Of a stretch of DNA of 64,000 nucleotides, positions 28,486-37,218 are shown piece by piece. This stretch comes from an uncultured Actinomycetes bacterium. Its GTDB lineage: Bacteria > Actinomycetota > Thermoleophilia > Gaiellales > Gaiellaceae. The first letter of the stretch is position 1, and every line of letters begins with the position of its first letter. Location of the stretch: NCBI GenBank assembly GCA_963839755.1, contig CAWIVU010000008.1, forward strand, positions 228,263 through 292,262. Reading direction: 5' to 3'. The position numbers and the translations under genes are program-made. The notes under the pieces were generated by a model. That model had not been told where the DNA came from and ran no database searches. It worked only from the letters and a program-made list of their open reading frames with translations.

Positions 28486-29061
28486 ATGCGCATCCTCGGC
28501 ATCGCGGGCAGCCTGCGCGCCGCGTCGCTCAACCAGCAGCTTCTCCGCCTCGTCGCGGAGGAGCTGCCGGCGGACGTGGAGCTCGACATCTACGACGGCC
28601 TCGCCGAGATCCCGCCGTACGACCAGGATCTCGACGACCTCCAATCGGACGAGGTCTTGCGCTTGAAGGACGCCATCGCCGCCGCCGACGCAATCCTCGT
28701 CGCGACGCCGGAGTTCAACGGCTCGATCCCCGGCCAGCTGAAGAACGCCTTCGACTGGGTCTCCCGCCCCCGCGCCGAGAATCCGATCCGCTCGAAGCCC
28801 GTCGCCGTGATCGGCGCGAGCACGAGCGCGTTCGGCGGCATCTGGGCCCAACGCGAGCTCAAGAAGGTGCTGGGGATCATGGGCGCGAGCGTGCTCGACC
28901 TCGAGCTGCCGGTCGCTACGGCCGACCGTCGCCTCGGGGAGCCGGATCCAGAGCTCCGCGCCGAGCTCGGCGTCGTCGTCCGTGAGCTCGTCGATTCAGC
29001 GGAGCCGGCGGCGGTCGCGGCGTCGACCGAGGTCGATCCCCGCGCGCTGGCCCACGTCTAG
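28486..29061 (+). CDS. NADPH-dependent FMN reductase
   Basis: GSLRAASLN, TPEFNGSIPGQLKNAFDW and KPVAVIGAS. Confidence 0.92.
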   Translation: MRILGIAGSLRAASLNQQLLRLVAEELPADVELDIYDGLAEIPPYDQDLDDLQSDEVLRLKDAIAAADAILVATPEFNGSIPGQLKNAFDWVSRPRAENPIRSKPVAVIGASTSAFGGIWAQRELKKVLGIMGASVLDLELPVATADRRLGEPDPELRAELGVVVRELVDSAEPAAVAASTEVDPRALAHV

Positions 29062-29070
29062 ACTCGCGCC

Positions 29071-29511
29071 GTGCGCGTGACGATGATGCTGGCCGACTTC
29101 GCCCAGGTATCGGACGGCAAGCTCACGGTCGTCGGCGGAGGCTGGTCGCTGACGGGCCCCGAAGCAGTGCCGTTCGGCATCGCGATCCTGATCCGGGTCC
29201 CGTGGGACCAGGCGAATCAGCGGCATGTGATGCGGCTCGAGCTCCTCGACGCCGACGGGCAGGCGGTCGACATGGACACCGACGACGGCCTGCAACCGGT
29301 CGTCTTCTTCGACGACGTGCCGTTCGAGGTCGGGCGTCCGGCGGGGCTCAAGCCGGGCACGCCGCTCGACTTTCCGGTCGCCGTCAACTCGGGCCCCATG
29401 CCGCTCGAGCCGGGGAGGTACGAATGGCGGCTGACGATCGACGGCAAGGCCGACGAGGACTGGCGACTACCGTTCTCGGTCCGAGTCGAAGCCGAGGATC
29501 CGATCACCTGA
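29071..29511 (+). CDS. Conserved hypothetical protein (DUF6941-like)
   Basis: MLADFAQVSDGKLTVVGGGW...PGRYEWRLTIDG pattern. Confidence 0.75.
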   Translation: MRVTMMLADFAQVSDGKLTVVGGGWSLTGPEAVPFGIAILIRVPWDQANQRHVMRLELLDADGQAVDMDTDDGLQPVVFFDDVPFEVGRPAGLKPGTPLDFPVAVNSGPMPLEPGRYEWRLTIDGKADEDWRLPFSVRVEAEDPIT

Positions 29512-29514
29512 TCT

Positions 29515-29766
29515 TCAGTGGGCAGGGCGCGGGCTCCGACCCCGCGCAAGCTGCGTCAGACCCCACGCCGAGACGATCGCCCAGACCAGCTCGAGCAGGA
29601 AGAACCCCCACTGCGCCTCACGCCACGCATCGACGGTGAGGATCGCGGAGCCGAGCAGGTTCACGACGAGGTACCAGAGCGACTGCGGATCGAGCACGCG
29701 GAACTGGGCGAGCACGAAGCCGCTGAGGATCAGGAGCGCGCCTGCGATCTGGATGAGCTGGTGCAC
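29515..29766 (-). CDS. CBU_0592-like small membrane protein
   Basis: Three TM segments, with YLVVNLLGS and QWGFFLLELVW. Confidence 0.8.
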   Translation of the reverse strand: MHQLIQIAGALLILSGFVLAQFRVLDPQSLWYLVVNLLGSAILTVDAWREAQWGFFLLELVWAIVSAWGLTQLARGRSPRPAH

Positions 29767-30069
29767 GGACGACCTCCGGAGTGGAGTGTGAACGGTCGCG
29801 CCGTCGTCGTGACCGGGTACGGCGCACCTCGTCCGGGGCCTTCAGCCGCCATTCAGGATAGCCCGTGGGGCTACGACCGGAAGAAGCGTCGCCAGAGCGG
29901 CTGCTTCACCGGCTGTGGCGCGACCGCGATCCCCGGCTCGATGCCGCGGGCGACGAAGGAGTCATGGACGTCCTGGAATGTGCGCGCCGCGATCGCGTCG
30001 CCTCCGCCGATGAACGGCTCCTCCGCCTGAGGGTCGAAGGCGACGAGGCCGGTCGTCTAGATTCGGGCG

Positions 30070-30915
30070 GTGCAGCGCGCGAAGGAGATGGCGGTGAGCG
30101 CGACGCTCTACGGGCGCAGCGCCCTCCGGATCGCGCGACGCCGCCGACGGCTCGGAACGGAGGAGCGGCTGGTGTTCGTCGTGGGCTCGCCGCGGTCGGG
30201 GACGACGTTCACCGGAAGCGCGCTCGGCTCGCTTCCGGGCTTCGTCGACCTCGACGAGGTACAGCCGTGGAAGGCGGCCATCCCAGAGCTGATCGACCGC
30301 CCGGACGACGACGTGTCTCAGCGACTGCGGGGGATCCTCGAGCGGGTGCGCCGGCTCGGCCTCGCCACGGGCCTCCGCGGCGTCGAGCAGACCCCGGAGA
30401 CGAGCTTCGTGCTGCGCGCCGCGCTCCAGGCGTACCCCGAGGCGGTGGCCGTCCACGTGATCCGCGACGGCCGCGACGTTGCCACCTCGCTCCTCGAGCG
30501 AGGCTGGCTCAGCGCGGAGCGGCAAGGAGCGGACGATGCTCGTATCGCGTTCGGGCCCTACGCACGCTTCTGGGTGGAGCCCGGCCGCGAGGCCGAGTTC
30601 TCGCAGGCCACTGACGCGACGCGCGCCGCCTGGGCGTGGCGCCGCTACGTGACGGCGGCCGGGTCCGCCCCGGAACGGACCGTCGAAGTGCGCTACGAGC
30701 ACCTCGTCGCCGACCCGGCGGGCGCCGCCGCGCCGGTTGCCGCAGAGCTCGGGGTCGAGAGCAGCCTGGTCGCCAAGGCGTTCGGGAAAATCCATGACCG
30801 CTCCGCAGGGCGATGGCGCCGCGACCTGTCGCCCGACCAGCTCGCCGACGTCGAGCGCGAGGCCGGCGCGCAGCTCGTCGCGCTGGGTTACGAGCTCAGC
30901 TCGACGCCGGTGTAG
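30070..30915 (+). CDS. PAPS-dependent sulfotransferase
   Basis: 5'-PSB motif FVVGSPRSGTT, 3'-PB motif IRDGRDVATS, VRYEHLVADP and GRWRRDL. Confidence 0.88.
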   Translation: MQRAKEMAVSATLYGRSALRIARRRRRLGTEERLVFVVGSPRSGTTFTGSALGSLPGFVDLDEVQPWKAAIPELIDRPDDDVSQRLRGILERVRRLGLATGLRGVEQTPETSFVLRAALQAYPEAVAVHVIRDGRDVATSLLERGWLSAERQGADDARIAFGPYARFWVEPGREAEFSQATDATRAAWAWRRYVTAAGSAPERTVEVRYEHLVADPAGAAAPVAAELGVESSLVAKAFGKIHDRSAGRWRRDLSPDQLADVEREAGAQLVALGYELSSTPV

Positions 30916-31465
30916 CCGCGGGGACGACCCCGATCCGCTCGAGCTCGGCGATCACGAGGGCCACCGACTCCTCGGGGGTCAGGGCAATCGTGTCCGCGAC
31001 CACCTCGGCGTCGTCCGGCTCCTCGTACGGGTCGTCGACGCCGGTGAACTGCGTGATCTCGCCCGCGAACGCCTTCGCGTAGAGGCCCTTCACGTCGCGG
31101 CGTGCACACTCTTCGACCGACGCCTTGACCCAGACCTCGACGAACGGCCCCTGCTCCTCGATGAGCGCCCGGACGCGCTTGCGAGTGCCGTCGTACGGGG
31201 AGATTGCAGCGACGACGACCGCTGCGCCGTGCCGCGTCAACCGCGAGGCGACCCAGCCGATCCGCTCGATGTTCGTGTCCCGGTCCTCGTGTGAGAACCC
31301 GAGCCCTTTCGACAGGTGCGTCCGCACGACGTCGCCGTCCAGGACCTCCACGTGCAGCCCCCGACGCTCCAGCTCGGACGCCACCGCGTGCCCGATCGTC
31401 GTTTTCCCGGCCCCCGAGAGCCCCGTCAGCCAGACGGTGAAGCCGTTGTCATCGGGCACGGGCAC
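30896..31465 (-). CDS. cysC: Adenylyl-sulfate kinase
   Basis: WLTGLSGAGKTT, LDGDVVR, ISPY, RDVKGLY and FTGVDDPYEEP. Confidence 0.95.
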   Translation of the reverse strand: MPVPDDNGFTVWLTGLSGAGKTTIGHAVASELERRGLHVEVLDGDVVRTHLSKGLGFSHEDRDTNIERIGWVASRLTRHGAAVVVAAISPYDGTRKRVRALIEEQGPFVEVWVKASVEECARRDVKGLYAKAFAGEITQFTGVDDPYEEPDDAEVVADTIALTPEESVALVIAELERIGVVPAATPASS

Positions 31466-31504
31466 GGAGCGGAGTGGTAGCAGACGGAGACGAAGGCGAG
31501 TGGG

Positions 31505-32128
31505 TCAGCTCGTCGCGGACGGATGGATGAGAGGAACCGCAGAGGTCCAACCCGTGCGAAGGAGCTCGACGAGGGACGGCGGGGTGACGAGCGTGGCAGT
31601 CCCACCGCGCGGGCACGCGATCCTGGGCCCGTATCCCTCGGGCCGCCACCGCAGAAGCTCGGCGCCGATGACGAGGTGCGGCGCGCCGTCATGGAGGACG
31701 AAGGCGCCGTCGGGAAGCTCGGCGTGCCGGGCTTCGTGGAGTCGGTGTCCGCGGGTCGCGGGCTCGACCCGCTCCGCGTGGAGCCGCTCGTCGACCGCAT
31801 CCGCCCCGACGTCGCCGTGGAGCTCGCGCCAGAACGCGGCGAAGCGCGTGTAGTCCCCACGGCGGCAGAGAGCGCAGGGCCGATGGCCCGCGGCGAGCGA
31901 AGTCGCCTCGTCCAGGAAGAACAGCTCGGTGAACTTGCCGGGCTGCAGCAGCGCGGCCCGGTGCCAGCCACGGAACTGCAGGCGACACGCAATCCAGCGC
32001 TTCACGGCGAAGCGGCGGCGGATGCGACCCGACGCATCGTGGAGGCAGCCGCGGTTCCCGTACACGAGCCCGCGGGCCGGGTGGGCGACGAGCTCTCCCA
32101 GCGGCGTCACGCGATTCTGGAGGGCCAT
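31505..32128 (-). CDS. Conserved hypothetical protein
   Basis: LQNRVTP...GNRGCLH...TELFFLDEATSLAAGHRPCALCRR, a Cys/His-containing pattern. Confidence 0.8.
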   Translation of the reverse strand: MALQNRVTPLGELVAHPARGLVYGNRGCLHDASGRIRRRFAVKRWIACRLQFRGWHRAALLQPGKFTELFFLDEATSLAAGHRPCALCRRGDYTRFAAFWRELHGDVGADAVDERLHAERVEPATRGHRLHEARHAELPDGAFVLHDGAPHLVIGAELLRWRPEGYGPRIACPRGGTATLVTPPSLVELLRTGWTSAVPLIHPSATS

Positions 32129-32215
32129 TCTCGGGCCGTTCTAGCAGGCCCCGGATGGTGCGTTCACTTGTGCTCGATCCGTTACCCTCACGTAACGGGT
32201 GATACGAGGAGGTGT

Positions 32216-32338
32216 ATGGCATTGACGGCTTTCGTGGTCCTTGCGTTCATCGTCTTGATCGGGCCGCTCGCCGTGCTCTACGGCGTGGACTCTCGCGTCG
32301 ACGAGCGGCGTGACGGTTGGCCGGCCACTCATCGCTGA
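32216..32338 (+). CDS. 40-aa single-TM small protein
   Basis: GAGGAGG RBS, then MALTAFVVLAFIVLIGPLAVLYGVDSR. Confidence 0.7.
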   Translation: MALTAFVVLAFIVLIGPLAVLYGVDSRVDERRDGWPATHR

Positions 32339-32361
32339 CCGTTGAGGTGTCCAGCTCAGAC

Positions 32362-33402
32362 ATGAACGACGACATCGAGTCGCGGTTCACGCGGACGGCT
32401 GCCCTGCAGCTTGCAGCCGCCGGCGCCGCCGGGCTTGCGCTCGGCGCACGCCCGGCTCGCGCTGCCCCGGACGCCTCGACGGTCGAGGGCGCCGCCCGCG
32501 CGCTCCTCGCGTCGCTGTCACCGGCCGAGCGTGACCGGGCGTCTTTCCCCTTCGCAGGCGCCGAGCGCACGCGCTGGCACTGGACCGTGCCGTCCTCTGT
32601 CCCGCGGAACGGTCTTCCGCTCGGAGAGATGTCGGCTGAGCAGCGGAGGCTCGCGCTCGCCTTGTTGCGGTCGAGCAGCTCCGCGTCCGGCTACCGGAAG
32701 GCACTCGACATCATGGCCCTGCAGGGCGTGCTGAGACGCATGGGCACCGGCATCGGCGACACCTTCGACCCGAACCGGTACTACGTCTCGGTCTTCGGTC
32801 GGCCCGGCGCCGGCGCGTGGGGCTGGCGGCTCGAAGGGCACCATCTCTCCAGGCACTTCACCCTCGCCAAGGGCGCTCTCGTCGCCGAGCCGTTCTTCCT
32901 CGGCGCCTGGCCGACCCGTGCGGGGAGCGCGTACCGCTCGGTGGCGCAGGGGTACCGGACGATGCCGCGCGAGGAGGACGCCGCCCGGGAGATCGTCCTC
33001 TCGCTCGACGGAGGGCTTCGGCGGCAGGTGGTGTTCTCGTCGGAGTCGCTGACCGACCACGTCACCCAGAACGCCGCACGCGTGAGGCCGATCGACCAGG
33101 TGGGCGTTGTTACCGGCGATCTCCCGTCCGGGGCGCAGAGACGCGTGCTCGAGATCCTGCAGACGTACCTCGCGAACCACCCACGCGCGATGGCGCGCGA
33201 TGCTTTCACGCGAATCGAACGGGCAGGGCTCGCGCGCGTCCGCTTCGGGTGGGCGGGCAGCACGCGCCCCGGCGTGCCGCACTACTACCGGCTGCAGGGC
33301 CCGACCTTCCTCCTCGAGTTCGACAACTCCCGGGACAGCGGCACCCACATCCACAGCGTCTGGCGCGACTTCGAGCGCGACTTCGGACGTCACCTGCTCT
33401 AG
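32362..33402 (+). CDS. DUF3500 domain protein
   Basis: WGWRLEGHHLS, YYRLQGPTFLLEFDN and HIHSVWRD motifs. Tat-like N-terminus. Confidence 0.85.
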   Translation: MNDDIESRFTRTAALQLAAAGAAGLALGARPARAAPDASTVEGAARALLASLSPAERDRASFPFAGAERTRWHWTVPSSVPRNGLPLGEMSAEQRRLALALLRSSSSASGYRKALDIMALQGVLRRMGTGIGDTFDPNRYYVSVFGRPGAGAWGWRLEGHHLSRHFTLAKGALVAEPFFLGAWPTRAGSAYRSVAQGYRTMPREEDAAREIVLSLDGGLRRQVVFSSESLTDHVTQNAARVRPIDQVGVVTGDLPSGAQRRVLEILQTYLANHPRAMARDAFTRIERAGLARVRFGWAGSTRPGVPHYYRLQGPTFLLEFDNSRDSGTHIHSVWRDFERDFGRHLL

Positions 33403-33417
33403 AGAGGGAGGCGAGCC

Positions 33418-34332
33418 GTGACCGAGTTGCAGCGGTACCTGGCGGAGGAGGTCGCAGAGGACCACGCGGACGGGCTCGTGTCCCGGCGCGAGGCTCTGCG
33501 TCGACTCGGGCTTCTCGGGCTGGGCGGAGCCGCAGCCGCGTCGCTGCTCGCAGCAGCGGTGACCGGTGATGCGCGTGCGGTGACGGGCGCCGCGAAAGCG
33601 TCCGGCGCCGCAGCCGTCGAGGCGGCGGCCGTCCCGACCAGGGAGATCACCTTTCGCGGGCCGCGGGGACGGACGCTGATGGGGGCGTGGGCACCCGCCG
33701 GCCAGGCTCGCGGCGGCGTGCTCGTGATCCACGAGAACCGAGGGCTCAACGACTCGATTCGATCGATCGCGGGACGCCTGGCCGCGAGCGGCTACTCGTC
33801 TCTGGCGATCGACCTGCTCTCCGAGGAGGGCGGCACCGGTGCGTTTGCGGACGAGTTCGAGGCGATGGCTGCGCTCGGAGCGGTCTCGCCCTCACGCTTC
33901 GTCGCCGACATGAAGGCGGGCATCACGGAGCTTCGCCGTCGGCTCCCGGGCAAGAAGGTCGCCGCGACCGGCTTCTGCTTCGGCGGTGGTATGACGTGGC
34001 TCCTGCTCGCGTCGAAGGAGCCCCGCCTGGCCGCCGCCGTCCCCTTCTACGGTCCTTTCCCGGAGGGCGGCAGCCTCACCGGCACGAAGGCGGCGGTACT
34101 CGGCGTGTACGCGGAGCTCGACGCGAGGGTCAATGCGTCACGCGCCTCGGCGCGTGGAGCGCTACGCAAGGCCGGCCTGAAGCACCGGATCGTCACCTTC
34201 CCCGGGGTCGACCACGCGTTCTTCAACCCGACCAGCGCACGCTACAACGCCGCCGCCGCCTCATCGGCGTATCGCCAGATGCTGAGCTGGTTCCAGACAC
34301 ACGTCGCTGACGGGGTAGAGCGAGACGAATAG
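33418..34332 (+). CDS. Dienelactone hydrolase family protein (Tat signal)
   Basis: SRREAL twin arginine, VIHENRGLN, GFCFGG nucleophile and HAFFN. Confidence 0.9.
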   Translation: MTELQRYLAEEVAEDHADGLVSRREALRRLGLLGLGGAAAASLLAAAVTGDARAVTGAAKASGAAAVEAAAVPTREITFRGPRGRTLMGAWAPAGQARGGVLVIHENRGLNDSIRSIAGRLAASGYSSLAIDLLSEEGGTGAFADEFEAMAALGAVSPSRFVADMKAGITELRRRLPGKKVAATGFCFGGGMTWLLLASKEPRLAAAVPFYGPFPEGGSLTGTKAAVLGVYAELDARVNASRASARGALRKAGLKHRIVTFPGVDHAFFNPTSARYNAAAASSAYRQMLSWFQTHVADGVERDE

Positions 34333-34353
34333 GCTGTCCCACCGGATGCCGGG

Positions 34354-35634
34354 ATGACCGCGGGGACAGACCAGGCGGAGCTCTTCGACCCTCGCGCTCA
34401 CGAGGCGCTCACGGAGACAGCGTGGGACACGGATCGCGCGGGCGCGGCGATCCGGGAGATCGTGGCCGAGGCAGAGAGAGCGTTCGAGCACGACTCGCTG
34501 TGGCCGCCGCATCCGCTCGACGAGGACGACGACGAGCCGCCGCTCGGGCAGGTGGCGTGCCTGTACCTCGGGGCGGCCGGGGTCATCTGGGCGTTGCACG
34601 CGCTCGAGCGGGGCGGCGCCGTGGAGCTCGTGCGCGAGTGGGCCGCGGTCGCAGCGAGCCTGCCGGAGCGTTATCGCGCGGCGCCCGACTTCCCGGACGA
34701 CGGAGTCATTCCATCGTTGTGGTTCGGCGAGGCGGGGATCCTGCTCGTGGCACACGTGCTGGCGCCGAGTCGGTGGCTGGAGGATGAGCTGCTGGAGGCG
34801 ATTCGCGCGAACGCTGCGAATCCGGCACTCGAGCTGGCGTGGGGATCGCCGGGCACGATGCTGGCCGCGCAGGTGATGCACGAGCGAACGGGCGCACCGG
34901 TATGGGCAGAAGCGTGGAACGCGTCCGCCGATTTTCTGTGGGCTGCGTGGGATGGCGAGCTGTGGCGCCAGGATCTCCGTGGTCGGCCTGCTCATGTGCT
35001 CGGGCCGGCACACGGGTTCGTCGGCAACGTGCTCGTCCTCGCCCGCGGCGAGCTCCTCGACCGGGAACGCCGGGGCGAGCTCGAGCGACGCACGATCGCT
35101 GCGGTCGCGGCGCACGCGCGCCGCGCGGGCGGGTTGGCGCAATGGCCGCCCGCCGTCGAGCCACCACGGCCTGGGGGTCGACCGCAGATGACGAGGACGC
35201 AGTGGTGTCACGGCGCACCGGGGATCGTCGCCTCGCTCGCGTCGTTGGCGCCGGACGACGACCAGCTCACCGAGCTGCTCGTGGCAGGCGGCGAGCTCAC
35301 CTGGCGTGCCGGCCCGTTGAAGAAGGGTGCGAGCCTCTGCCACGGCACGGCCGGGAACGGCTACGCGTTCCTGAAGCTGTTCGAGCGCACAGAGGACGAA
35401 CGGTGGCTCGACCGGGCGCGCGCGTTCGCGATGCACGCGATCGAGCAGGTGGAGCGCACGAGCGCGCACTATGGTCGCGGACGCCAGTCACTCTGGTCCG
35501 GCGATCTGGGCACGGCTCTCTACCTCGACGGCTGTATCACACGCGACCGCGGACTTTCCGACCCTCGACACGTTCTGACCGTTCCGTTCGGCACGCGCCG
35601 CAAGGGGTTGGGGTCTGCTACGACTTCCGTATGA
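34354..35634 (+). CDS. LanC-like (lanthionine synthetase C family) protein
   Basis: GPAHG, QWCHGAPG and SLCHGTAGNGYAFL zinc-ligand motifs. A probable frameshift near 35548 would give a true end of FPTLDTF* near 35578. Confidence 0.85.
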   Translation: MTAGTDQAELFDPRAHEALTETAWDTDRAGAAIREIVAEAERAFEHDSLWPPHPLDEDDDEPPLGQVACLYLGAAGVIWALHALERGGAVELVREWAAVAASLPERYRAAPDFPDDGVIPSLWFGEAGILLVAHVLAPSRWLEDELLEAIRANAANPALELAWGSPGTMLAAQVMHERTGAPVWAEAWNASADFLWAAWDGELWRQDLRGRPAHVLGPAHGFVGNVLVLARGELLDRERRGELERRTIAAVAAHARRAGGLAQWPPAVEPPRPGGRPQMTRTQWCHGAPGIVASLASLAPDDDQLTELLVAGGELTWRAGPLKKGASLCHGTAGNGYAFLKLFERTEDERWLDRARAFAMHAIEQVERTSAHYGRGRQSLWSGDLGTALYLDGCITRDRGLSDPRHVLTVPFGTRRKGLGSATTSV

Positions 35635-36102
35635 CCCGGCTGCGCGGAGCGATCGCCGCAGTCCTCGTCGACGGTGTGCGCGCTCGCCGCCGCCGCGACT
35701 GCACCCGCCGCGCCCGGGTGTCCCGCGACGACAACGGACGGCTTCGGCCCCTTCGGCCGCGGCTCGCCACCGGTCCGTGCGAGCATCGGTAAGGGGCATG
35801 TGCTCAGCGGGGTGATCCTGTCTGCGCTCAACTGCAAGCCGATCCGTGGCGCGCGTGTCGAGCTGTGGCAGGCGAACGCGAGCGGCCGCTACACGCGCGC
35901 GTCGAGCGCCACGGTCCTCTCCGACGGGAGCGGCCGCTTCCGGTTCGAGGGCCCCTATCCCGCCGCGTATGGAGGTGGCTCGCCGCACATTCACATGCGC
36001 GTGGTCGCGCGCGCGCACGAGGTCCTGCTCACGAGGTACGAGCCCGCCCGCGGTGCGCGTCGAGGATCGGTTCGACTCGTGCTGCTGCCGCAGGCGGTGT
36101 AG
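35631..36102 (+). CDS. Secreted intradiol dioxygenase-like protein, apparent frameshift near 35670
   Basis: ARVELWQANASGRY and YPAAY...PHIHMRV. The signal-peptide start (ATG 35631) is in another frame. Confidence 0.75.
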
Positions 36103-36131
36103 CTGCCCGGCGTCGGCGCGCGCAGGAGCGC

Positions 36132-37049
36132 TCAGGACAGCGGGCTGATTGCCTTGACGAGCGCGGTGACGACCTCGTTGACCGGCGCCGTGAGCCCGAG
36201 CTCGCGCGCGGCGGGCGGTATCGCGCCGTTGATCACGTCGATCTCGCAGCGGCGCCCGGCCAGGACGTCGAGCAGCATCGACGGCCGGGCGTCGGGGATC
36301 TTCTCGCCGAACGCGCGGACGTAGGCGACGGGGTCGTCGAACTCGAGCGTGATCCCGCGTGCGCGGGCGACCTCGTACGCCTCTCGGGCGCAGCTCGACG
36401 CGACATGCCAGGCGTGCGGATCGTCGAGTACCTCGCGGATCGTGCGACCGAGGATCGCGCACGTGGCGCTGAAGCAGACGTTGCAGATCAGCTTCTCCCA
36501 GACGAGCTGGTCGACGTCGTCGTAGGCCTGGACCCGGAAGCCCGCGTCCGCCCACACCTTCGCGATCCGGTGGATCCGCTCCGTCGCAGGGCCCTGGCGC
36601 TCTCCCAGGCGCACGAGCTCCCACCCGTTGTGGTGCACGTGGCCGGGCCCGATGACGGACGCACCGAAGCCGCCGACGACGCCGATCACGACCTTCTCCT
36701 CTCCGAGCACGGATGCAACCCGGTCGGCGCTGCCGAGCCCGTTCTGGATCGGCAGCACGACGGTCTCCGGCCCGACGATCGGCTTCGCGGCATGCGCCGC
36801 GGGCTCCACGTCCTGTGCTTTCGTCGCGATCACGACCAGGTCGCAGACGCCGACCTCGGCCGGATCCGACGTCGCGTCGAGCCGAACGGTGCGATGCCCG
36901 CTCGCCCCTTCGACGGTCAGCCCGGTCGTTCGGATCGCCTCGACGTGCTCGGCCCATACGTCGACCGCCCACACCTCATTGCCCGCATCGCCGAGGATCC
37001 CCGCGTACACCGATCCCATGGCGCCGGCCCCGACGATCGCGATCTTCAT
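36132..37049 (-). CDS. panE: 2-dehydropantoate 2-reductase family protein
   Basis: IAIVGAGAMG, IATKA, IQNGLG, WEKLICN and SMLLD...EIDVING. Confidence 0.88.
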   Translation of the reverse strand: MKIAIVGAGAMGSVYAGILGDAGNEVWAVDVWAEHVEAIRTTGLTVEGASGHRTVRLDATSDPAEVGVCDLVVIATKAQDVEPAAHAAKPIVGPETVVLPIQNGLGSADRVASVLGEEKVVIGVVGGFGASVIGPGHVHHNGWELVRLGERQGPATERIHRIAKVWADAGFRVQAYDDVDQLVWEKLICNVCFSATCAILGRTIREVLDDPHAWHVASSCAREAYEVARARGITLEFDDPVAYVRAFGEKIPDARPSMLLDVLAGRRCEIDVINGAIPPAARELGLTAPVNEVVTALVKAISPLS

Positions 37050-37218
37050 CGACGACAAACCTAGCCACGTCGTCAGGTCGGCTCCGCCAGTGGCCAGCGA
37101 TCGTCGACAGCTGGTCATTGTCTCCCGGGGCGACCGGTGGCGGAGCCTGCGGATGAGACGCCTTGTCGCGTTCGCAGCCGGGGCGTAGGGTCACGCTAAG
37201 CCGCCGGAGGAGGAAGTC

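Noticed and set aside
34354-35634. Lanthipeptide biosynthetic cluster
   Set aside because: No dehydratase, precursor peptide or dedicated exporter nearby.
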